Source: Flavobacteriaceae bacterium (GTDB taxonomy: Bacteria > Bacteroidota > Bacteroidia > Flavobacteriales > Flavobacteriaceae). Taken from it: DNA of 40,433 nt. The stretch spans positions 1-40,433 of the forward strand of contig DATGSA010000020.1 of NCBI GenBank assembly GCA_035303085.1, in the 5' to 3' direction. Below, one piece after another: positions 1-7,974 of this stretch (within the stretch, counting starts at the first letter, position 1; the number at the start of each line of letters is the position of its first letter). The translations under genes and the position numbers were made by a program. The notes under the pieces are model-generated. The model saw only the letters and a program-made list of their open reading frames with translations, did not search any database and was not told where the DNA came from.

Positions 1-505
1 ATTTTTTTCGAAATACGGCAAAAATCCCGGCTAAAACTAAGGGCATATAGGCAATAGCATGTGCTTTAGCATTATGCCCTACTCCGAGAATGATAATGAG
101 ATAAGTAGAAAACCCAAAAGCTAATGCTCCTATTGCGGCCAATTTATAATCAATCCGCAAAACCAGAAATAGGATGTAAATCCCTATGAAATACAGAAAA
201 AGGTAATCTGCAGGACGCGGTAAAAATCGGATAATTTTATCAACACTTCTGACAAAGTTGTCGGGATATCGCTTGTTAATTAGGTAAGTTGGCATTCCAC
301 CGAAAGCATTGTCAACCCAATAGGTTTCTTCTTTGTTTTCTTTCCTGAATTCATCAGCTTGGCGGGTCATTCCGCGCGATTGCTGAATATCACTTTGAAA
401 GATTTTTTCCCCCTTGAGCACCGGATTGAAATAAATCAAGGAAACTCCCATAAATCCTAATAAAACCAAGAGATGTGGAAGTGTTTTTTTAAAGTTGAAG
501 GCCAT
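1..505 (-). CDS. Integral membrane protein, 5' part only (resembles YfhO-like membrane proteins of Bacteroidota). The gene runs off the window start.
   Basis: Not in the ORF track because it is partial. Minus-strand ATG at 505..503, open to position 1. My translation: MAFNFKKTLPHLLVLLGFMGVSLIYFNPVLKGEKIFQSDIQQSRGMTRQADEFRKENKEETYWVDNAFGGMPTY...; an N-terminal TM helix is followed by further hydrophobic segments. Confidence 0.6.
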   Translation of the reverse strand, partial: MAFNFKKTLPHLLVLLGFMGVSLIYFNPVLKGEKIFQSDIQQSRGMTRQADEFRKENKEETYWVDNAFGGMPTYLINKRYPDNFVRSVDKIIRFLPRPADYLFLYFIGIYILFLVLRIDYKLAAIGALAFGFSTYLIIILGVGHNAKAHAIAYMPLVLAGIFAVFRKK

Positions 506-537
506 GTAAATTGATTGAAAAACTGAAAGGCGTAAAA

Positions 538-816
538 CTAATCAATTTCTTCGTAATCAATATATTCTCCAGCGTCTTTATTGGACTTGTATTTGTTCTT
601 AGGCGTAAAGTCTATTGTGGTTTTTCCGGTTTCTTGGTTTGAAGAATAATTTGAATGGGATCCCCTGAATTGCTCTTCAGCCTTTTTAGTTACTTTTCGT
701 ATAAAATAACGCATTATTGCCGGACCTAAATACCTCAGCACAACCCTTAAGAGAAGGTATATCCCAAAAATAATCAGCAAGGTTTTTATCATTCCGGTAA
801 AAGATGCTATAATCAT
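538..816 (-). CDS. Small membrane protein, DUF4834-like
   Basis: 92-aa ORF with one N-terminal TM helix (TLLIIFGIYLLLRVVLRYLGP) and a polar, acidic tail. This layout is typical of the Bacteroidota DUF4834 family. Confidence 0.55.
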   Translation of the reverse strand: MIIASFTGMIKTLLIIFGIYLLLRVVLRYLGPAIMRYFIRKVTKKAEEQFRGSHSNYSSNQETGKTTIDFTPKNKYKSNKDAGEYIDYEEID

Positions 817-905
817 AAATTATTTGTTTCTACAAAAATATCAAATCTCATACCGAATTAAGTTTTAAATATCTTAAAATATCTATATTTGAAACTAAAC
901 AAATT

Positions 906-1868
906 ATGATGAAAAAAATATCCGTCTTATTTTTCTTATTATGCATTGGTTTTTCTGAAAATATTAATGCTCAATACACAGAAACCATTAATGCAAATCG
1001 TCCCGGAATTTCTCAAGGAGCTTTCGCAGTTGGGCGAGGGGTGTTACAATTGGAAGCCGGACCTTATTTTGCAAAAGATAAACACGATTTGACGGATTTA
1101 GAAAGCACTAATTTCGGAGCTGAATATGAGTTGCGATATGGATTGTTGTGGGAGAATTTGGAATTGAATATTCGCGGTGATTTTATGTTTGCTAAACGTG
1201 AGTTTCCGGTGGGGACAAGTATGGAAACCTATACGGTTTCTAATTTTAGAACCAATACTTTTGGGGCAAAAGTATTGGTTTACGATCCCTATAAAAGACA
1301 TTACTTTGACAAACCCAATTTATACAGTTGGAAAGCCAATCAAAAATTTAAGTGGTGGAAATTAATTCCGGCTGTCTCCGTGTATGCCGGCTATAATTTT
1401 ATGCCAAGCACACGTCCGGAGGGATATCCTTTTTTTGGTGGAGAAATTGCAAACTCCAGCGCTAAAGCTGCATTAATCACACAACACAATTGGGGAGGTA
1501 CCGCATTTATGATGAATTTTATCGCGGATCGAATTACGGATGACCACAAACGCTTTGTGGCAATATTTACCTTGACGCAGGCTGTGGGAATGCGTTCTAC
1601 AATTTTTGCGGAATTTGAAACCAGCAAGGATGATTTCTATAGTGATGAATTGTTTCGACTTGGTGGCGCTTATCTTTTAATGCCTGATTTACAAGTAGAT
1701 ATTTCTGGATTGATCAATTTTAAAAACACTCCTTTTCGTTGGGCAATTGGCGCAGGAGTTTCTTATAGACTTGATTTTCATTCTAAAGATGAAAAATTGA
1801 GAGATCCCGATGATAAAGGGGGAGGGGAACCTGCCGACAAACGGCCGCGAAGGTTAGATAGCCGGTAA
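906..1868 (+). CDS. Outer-membrane beta-barrel protein (MetA-pathway/phenol-degradation-like 'transporter' family)
   Basis: Signal peptide MMKKISVLFFLLCIGFSENINAQ. The N-terminal 'NANRPGISQGAFAVGRGVLQLEAG' motif and alternating aromatic/hydrophobic strands fit this family. Confidence 0.6.
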   Translation: MMKKISVLFFLLCIGFSENINAQYTETINANRPGISQGAFAVGRGVLQLEAGPYFAKDKHDLTDLESTNFGAEYELRYGLLWENLELNIRGDFMFAKREFPVGTSMETYTVSNFRTNTFGAKVLVYDPYKRHYFDKPNLYSWKANQKFKWWKLIPAVSVYAGYNFMPSTRPEGYPFFGGEIANSSAKAALITQHNWGGTAFMMNFIADRITDDHKRFVAIFTLTQAVGMRSTIFAEFETSKDDFYSDELFRLGGAYLLMPDLQVDISGLINFKNTPFRWAIGAGVSYRLDFHSKDEKLRDPDDKGGGEPADKRPRRLDSR

Positions 1869-1981
1869 TACCGGATAAAAGTTAGTGACTTATCAATTAT
1901 CAAATCAAGATAAAATAAATAACAAGAAATTTAATTACTTGGAAATCAGCTTTTATCTGTGGATAACTTACATCTTATTCT

Positions 1982-1989
1982 TAACTTTG
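1982..1989 (+). promoter_or_regulatory. Bacteroidota -7 promoter box TAACTTTG upstream of the FKBP gene
   Basis: Exact match to TAnnTTTG, 56 nt upstream of the ATG at 2045. Confidence 0.35.
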
Positions 1990-2044
1990 CAGACTTAAGC
2001 AGAAGTGAAAAATTCATTTCTTAGATTCAATACAAACATGAATT

Positions 2045-2473
2045 ATGAGTAAAGTAAAAAAAGATGACACCGTAAAAGTGCACTACACCGGAAAACTAAA
2101 CGACGGTCAAGTTTTTGACAGTTCAAGAGAACGCGAACCGATAGAGTTTAAAGTTGGTGCTGGTCAGATGATTCCTGGATTTGAAAAAGGTGTTTTGGAT
2201 ATGGAGTTACATCAGAAAAAAGAAATATCTATTAAACCTGAAGAAGCTTATGGAGAAGTAAAAGATGAGCTTTTTCAAGAAATTCCTAAATCACAGTTGC
2301 CTGAAGAAATCAAACCTGAGGTAGGTATGGGATTAGCGGCAAGTATGCCTGATGGAAGTCAACAACAATTACGAGTGAGCGAGGTGAAAGAAGATTCAAT
2401 TGTGGTCGATGCAAATCACCCATTAGCAGGAAAAGATCTGAATTTCGAGCTTGAAGTTGTTGAGATTAAATAA
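2045..2473 (+). CDS. FKBP-type peptidyl-prolyl cis-trans isomerase (SlyD/FkpB-like, with IF insert)
   Basis: 'VKVHYTGKLNDGQVFDSS...EFKVGAGQMIPGFEKGVLDM' followed by 'DANHPLAGKDLNFELEVVEI', the characteristic SlyD-type FKBP ends. Confidence 0.85.
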   Translation: MSKVKKDDTVKVHYTGKLNDGQVFDSSREREPIEFKVGAGQMIPGFEKGVLDMELHQKKEISIKPEEAYGEVKDELFQEIPKSQLPEEIKPEVGMGLAASMPDGSQQQLRVSEVKEDSIVVDANHPLAGKDLNFELEVVEIK

Positions 2474-2500
2474 TTATTGTTAAATGAAATTTGACTGAGA

Positions 2501-2533
2501 ACGGTCTTCCGAAAAATTCGGAGGCCGTTTTTA
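2501..2533 (+). terminator. Rho-independent terminator after the FKBP gene
   Basis: Imperfect stem ACGGTCTTCCGAA / TTCGGAGGCCGT followed by TTTTT. Confidence 0.6.
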
Positions 2534-2566
2534 TAGTTTGAAATAAAATTTGTTCTAAAAAAGTTG

Positions 2567-2574
2567 TATATTTG
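2567..2574 (+). promoter_or_regulatory. -7 box TATATTTG upstream of rpoD
   Basis: Matches TAnnTTTG, 52 nt upstream of the ATG at 2626. A TTTG lies at 2549-2552, but the spacing is shorter than consensus. Confidence 0.35.
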
Positions 2575-2625
2575 CAATATTTTATTATATTGTATGTTAT
2601 TAAACAATAAAGCCCTTTTCGATAT

Positions 2626-3492
2626 ATGAGACAACTTAAGATTACAAAACAGGTTACCAATCGTGAATCCAAATCACTGGATAAATATCTACAAGATATC
2701 AGTAAAGTAGATTTGATTACGGCGGAAGAAGAAGTGGAATTGGCCCAGCGAATTCGCGAAGGGGATCAAAGAGCTTTGGAAGAGCTAACCAACGCGAATT
2801 TAAGATTCGTGGTGTCTGTTGCAAAACAATACCAAAATCAAGGATTAAAATTACCGGATTTGATTAATGAAGGAAATGTGGGGTTGGTCAAAGCTGCTAA
2901 GCGTTTTGATGAAACCCGTGGTTTTAAATTTATTTCATATGCGGTATGGTGGATTCGCCAATCCATTTTACAAGCATTGGCCGAACAATCCCGTGTGGTG
3001 CGTTTGCCACTGAATAAAATTGGTGTAATCAATAAAATTAATAGAGCTTTTTCACATTTAGAACAAGAGTTTCAACGTCCGCCTTCAGCTGCAGAAATTG
3101 CACAAGAACTGGATATGACTATTGCCCAAGTGAAAGAAGCGTTGAGAAATGCAGGAAGACACTTGTCGATGGATGCACCTTTTAAAGAAGGTGAAAACGA
3201 TTCGAACTTGTATGATGTACTGAGTTCAGGTGAATCTCCCAATCCGGATGACGAGTTGATGCAAGATTCTTTAAGCATCGAAATTAACCGTGCATTAGAC
3301 ACACTTTCTGCACGTGAAGCAGATGTGATTAGACTGAATTACGGGATCGGAAATCAACCCGCGATGACGTTACAAGAAATTGGTGATACTTTTGACTTGA
3401 GCCGTGAACGCGTGAGACAAATCCGTGAAAAAGGAATCAGACGTTTGAAGCACGAATCAAAGAATAAAATGCTGAAAAAGTATTTGGGCTAA
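2626..3492 (+). CDS. rpoD: Primary RNA polymerase sigma factor (short Bacteroidota sigma-A/RpoD type)
   Basis: 288 aa. Region 2 '[38 protein letters not shown]...[13 protein letters not shown]' and region 4 '[27 protein letters not shown]' are both present. Confidence 0.9.
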   Translation: MRQLKITKQVTNRESKSLDKYLQDISKVDLITAEEEVELAQRIREGDQRALEELTNANLRFVVSVAKQYQNQGLKLPDLINEGNVGLVKAAKRFDETRGFKFISYAVWWIRQSILQALAEQSRVVRLPLNKIGVINKINRAFSHLEQEFQRPPSAAEIAQELDMTIAQVKEALRNAGRHLSMDAPFKEGENDSNLYDVLSSGESPNPDDELMQDSLSIEINRALDTLSAREADVIRLNYGIGNQPAMTLQEIGDTFDLSRERVRQIREKGIRRLKHESKNKMLKKYLG

Positions 3493-3516
3493 TTTTTATT
3501 TACGATTGATATTTTT

Positions 3517-3558
3517 AAAAGCTGCTGTAACCTTCTTTTGGGTATAGCAGCTTTTTTC
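3517..3558. terminator. Bidirectional hairpin terminator after rpoD
   Basis: AAAAGCTGCTGTA...TATAGCAGCTTTTTT, with the GCTGCT/AGCAGC stem at 3521-3551. Confidence 0.7.
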
Positions 3559-3664
3559 TTTCAAACCACGCGGCACAATCGCGCGCGGTAGCGAATGCAA
3601 TCAACATTTTAATAGTTCAGACAAAGACGGTAGGGGAGTGGTTCGGAAAACAAAATCCGGGCAA

Positions 3665-3696
3665 TAAAAAACCCCACAAAACTGTGAGGGTTTTTA
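3665..3696. terminator. Hairpin terminator after clpX (usable on both strands)
   Basis: AAAAAACCCCACA-AAAC-TGTGAGGGTTTTT. The stem is 8 bp with one bulge, flanked by an A-run on one side and a T-run on the other. Confidence 0.6.
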
Positions 3697-3719
3697 TAAA
3701 ATATGAATTTTACTCTTTC

Positions 3720-4955
3720 TTAGGAAGCAGCTTTCAATTGTTTGATCGTTGATCTTTGTAGGGCTTTGGTTGCATATTCTTTAGTTACAATCAGCTCCTT
3801 TTCATCACTGTCGGGCAATTCAAACATTGCATCTGTCAGTATAGCTTCACATAAAGAGCGCAAACCTCTTGCGCCTAAGTTATATTCCAAAGCTTTTTCT
3901 ACGATATAATCTAAGCTTTCTTCCGTCATTTCCAGTCTGATATCATCCATTGCAAACAATTTGGTATATTGTTTTACCAATGCATTTTTGGGCTCCGTAA
4001 GAATAGCTCTTAAGGTTTTTGCATCCAATGGGTTTAAATAAGTCAATACCGGTAAACGCCCTATGATTTCCGGAATCAGTCCAAAATCTTTTAGGTCTTT
4101 TGGAATGATATACTGGAGTAGATTTTTTTCATCAAACTCCTCTTCTTCACTGGAGACGTTATATCCCACAGCTTGCATATTCAGTCGTTTGGAAATATGT
4201 CGTTGGATACCGTCAAAAGCTCCTCCGGCAATGAATAAAATATTACTGGTGTCCACTTCGATAAATTTCTGATCCGGATGTTTTCGTCCTCCTTTTGGGG
4301 GAACGTTCACTGTGGTTCCTTCCAATAACTTTAATAAAGCTTGTTGAACCCCTTCACCACTAACATCACGTGTAATAGAGGGGTTATCACTTTTTCGGGC
4401 AACTTTATCGATTTCATCTATAAAAATGATTCCCTGTTGTGCTTTCTCTATATTATAATCAGCTGCTTGCATCAATCGGGTAAGAATGCTTTCTACATCT
4501 TCGCCTACATATCCGGCTTCAGTCAAAACTGTAGCATCTACAATAGCCAGAGGCACATTGAGCATTTTTGAAATGGTTTGTGCCATCAGCGTTTTACCTG
4601 TTCCGGTTTCCCCGACTAAAATAATATTGCTCTTTTGAATCTGAATATCATCTTCATCCTTAATGGGTTGGAGCAGTCGTTTATAGTGATTATAAACTGC
4701 TACAGACAACACTCTTTTAGAATAATCTTGACCGATCACATAGCTGTTTAAAAACTCTTTAATAGCTCTGGGTTTTTTAAGCATGAGCTCTTCGCTGAGT
4801 TCTTTACTGCTCTCTTGTTTAGATTCTTCCAAGACAATTCCATGTGCTTGTTCAATACAACGATCACAGATGTGCGCTTCTAAACCGGCAATTAATATAT
4901 TAGTATCGGCTTTCTTCCTTCCGCAAAATGAACATTCTAATTCTTCTTTAGCCAT
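3720..4955 (-). CDS. clpX: ATP-dependent Clp protease ATP-binding subunit ClpX
   Basis: N-terminal zinc-binding motif CSFCGRK...CDRC, Walker A 'GETGTGKT' and Walker B 'IIFIDEIDK'. It lies immediately downstream of clpP. Confidence 0.95.
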   Translation of the reverse strand: MAKEELECSFCGRKKADTNILIAGLEAHICDRCIEQAHGIVLEESKQESSKELSEELMLKKPRAIKEFLNSYVIGQDYSKRVLSVAVYNHYKRLLQPIKDEDDIQIQKSNIILVGETGTGKTLMAQTISKMLNVPLAIVDATVLTEAGYVGEDVESILTRLMQAADYNIEKAQQGIIFIDEIDKVARKSDNPSITRDVSGEGVQQALLKLLEGTTVNVPPKGGRKHPDQKFIEVDTSNILFIAGGAFDGIQRHISKRLNMQAVGYNVSSEEEEFDEKNLLQYIIPKDLKDFGLIPEIIGRLPVLTYLNPLDAKTLRAILTEPKNALVKQYTKLFAMDDIRLEMTEESLDYIVEKALEYNLGARGLRSLCEAILTDAMFELPDSDEKELIVTKEYATKALQRSTIKQLKAAS

Positions 4956-4975
4956 ATAACATTATATTTTTAAAT

Positions 4976-5650
4976 TTAGTTTCGAGATAATACTTCATCA
5001 ATCATACCATACTCCTTTGCAGCATCAGATTTCATCCAGAAATCTCGATCCGAATCTTCAAAAATCTTTTCAAGCGGTTGACCGGTATGTTTAGCGATAA
5101 TTTGATAGAGTTCATCTCTTAAAGTAACAATTTCACGTGCAGTAATTTCAATATCGCTCGCTTGACCTTCGGCACCACCCATAGGTTGATGTATCATTAC
5201 TCTTGAGTGAGGCAATCCGCTGCGCTTACCTTCTTCACCCGCACATAATAATACAGCTGACATAGAGGCAGCCATTCCTGTGCAAATTGTCGCTACGTCA
5301 GGTTTGATAAACTGCATCGTATCATAAATACCCAGACCGGCATAAACACTTCCTCCGGGTGAATTGATATAGATTTGAATGTCTTTTGAGCTGTCTGTAC
5401 TTTCAAGAAACAATAGTTGTGCTTGAACAATATTAGCTACTTGGTCATTGACAACCGTGCCCATAAAAATAATTCTGTCCATCATTAATCGAGAAAATAC
5501 ATCCATCGCTACCGCATTCATTTTCCGTTCCTCGATAATATTGGGAGTCATTCCAACCGGCAACATGCTGGTTATTATTTTATCGTAATAATTCGCATTG
5601 ACTCCTTGATCTTTAACTGCAAACTTTTCAAATTCTTTTTGGATATCCAT
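4976..5650 (-). CDS. clpP: ATP-dependent Clp protease proteolytic subunit ClpP
   Basis: 'INSPGGSVYAGLGIYDTMQF...TICTGMAASMSAVLL...RVMIHQPMGG', containing the Ser-His catalytic signature. Confidence 0.95.
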   Translation of the reverse strand: MDIQKEFEKFAVKDQGVNANYYDKIITSMLPVGMTPNIIEERKMNAVAMDVFSRLMMDRIIFMGTVVNDQVANIVQAQLLFLESTDSSKDIQIYINSPGGSVYAGLGIYDTMQFIKPDVATICTGMAASMSAVLLCAGEEGKRSGLPHSRVMIHQPMGGAEGQASDIEITAREIVTLRDELYQIIAKHTGQPLEKIFEDSDRDFWMKSDAAKEYGMIDEVLSRN

Positions 5651-5657
5651 ATATGTT

Positions 5658-6986
5658 TTATTTTTTATCCATCACTTCTTTAATGAAATCATCAAAAGTG
5701 ATTTCTTTTTCTTCCAAGTTGGCATTTTCCTTATAAAATGCAAGAAGCTTTTGGTTTTTTACTTGTTCAGAGATATTTTTCGCCTCTTGTTCATTAGAAA
5801 GTACGCGTTGAGCAATACTGTCCAATTCTTCTTCTGACGGGTTTACCTGTCCGAACTGTGCCATTTGCATTTTAATTTGCTCCTTGGCTGAATCCTTTAC
5901 ATCTTCTAATTCCACCTTGATATCATTGGCTCTCATCAATTCATTTTCGATAAGCTGAAAGCGTAAACCTTTTTCAGAACGCTCGTATTCTTCTTTGGCT
6001 TCCTCAAGCGTGAGATCCTCTTCACTACTTACTTGAATCCACTTCACCAGAAAATCGTCGGGTAGGTCGAACTCGGTTTCTTCGATTAATGTATCCGTAA
6101 TATCGTTAAGTAACTGTTGATCACTTTGTTGTTCGAATTGCTTTTCAATATCCTCCTTTATCTTATTGCGAAACTCTTCTTCATTTTCAACTTCTCCTTC
6201 TCCGAAGATTTTATCAAAAAACTCCTGATTCATCTCCGCGAGCTCTTGGTGATTGATTTCTGTGATTTCGAAATTCACTTCAATATCTAAATCTTTAGCT
6301 TCTTTCAGACCTATCCCTAAACTATCTGATAGAACTTGATCCTCTTCAAATAGATTTTTGGTCTCAAGAGTCAAATTGTCACCAACTTTAGCTCCGATAA
6401 ATTTATCGAGATTTTCTTTGTCCTTAATTTTGTCCAATGCAAAATCGGCTTCCTTTTCGATTTCATTTTCTTCATTGGTGAAAATACCACTAACCGTATC
6501 TCCTTCTTCTGCTTCATTTTTGGAGATGAGTTTGCCGTGTTGCGTGCGCATATGATCAACCTGTTGGTCGATGGTCTTTTCATCGGCTACAATATTGTAA
6601 TGAGGAAGTGGCTCTTCAGTTTCCGGATCCACTTCAAATTCCGGGGTAAGACCAATTTCGAATTCAAAAGAATAATCCTCTGCTTCCCATGTGAAATCAT
6701 CGCGGGTTTTAGGAAGAGGATTGCCCAATACATCAAGCTTTTCGTCTGTCAAATACTTATTCAGGCTTTCTTGTAAAAGTTTGTTTACCTCATCGACCAA
6801 TACCGCTTGCCCATATTGTTTTTTGACCAAGCCCATCGGAACGTGTCCTTTTCGGAAACCTGGAATATTAGCTGTCTTACGGTAATCTTTTAAGATTTTA
6901 GTGACCCGAGGATCATAATCCTCCTTCTCGATGTCAATCTTTATGATGGCGTTGAGATCATCAATGTTTTTTTTGGTTATGTTCAT
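5658..6986 (-). CDS. tig: Trigger factor
   Basis: The acidic 442-aa protein starts MNITKKNIDDLNAIIKIDI... and carries 'ANIPGFRKGHVPMGLVKKQYG'. I place the start at the internal ATG 6986 rather than 7082, because a promoter (-33/-7) and the stop of the upstream gene lie inside the longer ORF. Confidence 0.9.
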   Translation of the reverse strand: MNITKKNIDDLNAIIKIDIEKEDYDPRVTKILKDYRKTANIPGFRKGHVPMGLVKKQYGQAVLVDEVNKLLQESLNKYLTDEKLDVLGNPLPKTRDDFTWEAEDYSFEFEIGLTPEFEVDPETEEPLPHYNIVADEKTIDQQVDHMRTQHGKLISKNEAEEGDTVSGIFTNEENEIEKEADFALDKIKDKENLDKFIGAKVGDNLTLETKNLFEEDQVLSDSLGIGLKEAKDLDIEVNFEITEINHQELAEMNQEFFDKIFGEGEVENEEEFRNKIKEDIEKQFEQQSDQQLLNDITDTLIEETEFDLPDDFLVKWIQVSSEEDLTLEEAKEEYERSEKGLRFQLIENELMRANDIKVELEDVKDSAKEQIKMQMAQFGQVNPSEEELDSIAQRVLSNEQEAKNISEQVKNQKLLAFYKENANLEEKEITFDDFIKEVMDKK

Positions 6987-7015
6987 AGGATATTTTCCTT
7001 GTGATTTTTGATTTG

Positions 7016-7047
7016 CAAAAATACAATATATTTGAGTATTGACCAAA
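7016..7047 (-). promoter_or_regulatory. tig-clpP-clpX promoter (-33 TTTG / -7 TATTTTTG)
   Basis: Minus-strand TATTTTTG at 7023..7016 and TTTG at 7047..7044, with a 20-nt spacer. It sits 30 nt upstream of ATG 6986. Confidence 0.5.
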
Positions 7048-7050
7048 GTT

Positions 7051-7410
7051 TTATGGGTGCAGATTTTCGTTCTTTTTCTCAAAAGCTGAAAATAAAACCG
7101 ATTGGAAAAAAGAGAGTAAAAGACTGAATAATAAAGCCCACCAAAATCCTTTTACATAAAATCCGGAAACTAATTCGCTGCTAAGTAAAACTAAAAGGGC
7201 ATTAATAACCAATAGGAAGAGGCCAAAAGTGAAGATGGTGACCGGCAGGGTTAAGATAATCAATAGTGGTTTGATGAAAATGTTGATCAACCCTAAAACA
7301 ATGGCAACCCATATTCCGGTAAGATAATTGTCGATATGAGTACCGGGTAAAAATCTGGCTAAGGCAACTACAATAAATGCAGTGGCTAATATGCGGATAA
7401 TAAGTTTCAT
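7051..7410 (-). CDS. DUF360 / 'phage holin family 4'-type small membrane protein
   Basis: 119 aa with four hydrophobic helices, including 'IWVAIVLGLINIFIKPLLIILTLPVTIFTFGLFLLVINALLVLL'. Confidence 0.65.
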   Translation of the reverse strand: MKLIIRILATAFIVVALARFLPGTHIDNYLTGIWVAIVLGLINIFIKPLLIILTLPVTIFTFGLFLLVINALLVLLSSELVSGFYVKGFWWALLFSLLLSFFQSVLFSAFEKKNENLHP

Positions 7411-7721
7411 GTTTTTGCAGTCAATATATATTATAATAACGATTTAACACCGTAAAAATACCGTTTTTTGCGAATTTAATAGCTTGTCTTGACAACATTT
7501 TTAAAGGCTGGTTTAAGAAGCCCCACTTAAAAGTGATGCTGAATAATCTTGTTGTATAATATTATGAGGTAGTTGAGATGCTTGCTTGTTAAATTGCTGT
7601 TAACTAAAGCTGATTTTTGTAGGTTTAAGATTGCCATGTCCAATTTGTTTTGAAAGTGTTTAGGGTGTTTTTAAAACTAAAGAATGGGGTGAGTTGACGG
7701 TGTATTTTTACCTAAGCATTC

Positions 7722-7791
7722 ATTTTGAAATCATTATGCTTTATTAATTCGCAAATTTAAAAAGATAGAAAAGTGTTTGATTTTGAAATCA
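7722..7791. repeat. 12-nt exact direct repeat ATTTTGAAATCA (7722-7733 and 7780-7791)
   Basis: Read directly from the sequence, inside the 564-bp non-coding gap. Confidence 0.8.
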
Positions 7792-7974
7792 GTATAAATA
7801 AGCAAAAAGAATCAGATTTATACTATTTTTACTAAACCCTTTAAAAATTAAATTGTACCTTGCACTTGGTGGTCATCACGTTACACTTAATTGAGTGTCA
7901 GTAGATTGTGATGGTTTATTGTTAAATAGTTAATCTTTTACGTGTTTATAATTAATAAGTTTAAAACATAAATT

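Noticed and set aside
6987-7082. Long N-terminal extension of trigger factor (track start 7082).
   Set aside because: It overlaps the upstream gene and contains the likely promoter. The conserved trigger-factor N-terminus begins at the internal Met (6986).
7051-7410. 'Phage holin family' protein as evidence of a prophage.
   Set aside because: The DUF360 family name is historical. No phage structural, lysis or integrase genes are nearby, and the gene sits between core genes.
7686-7700. GGGGTGAGTTGACGG, resembling the 5' end of tmRNA.
   Set aside because: There is no tRNA-like 3' domain (T-arm, GTTCGA...CCA) and no tag reading frame within the next 400 nt. That stretch runs into the GltB-like coding sequence.
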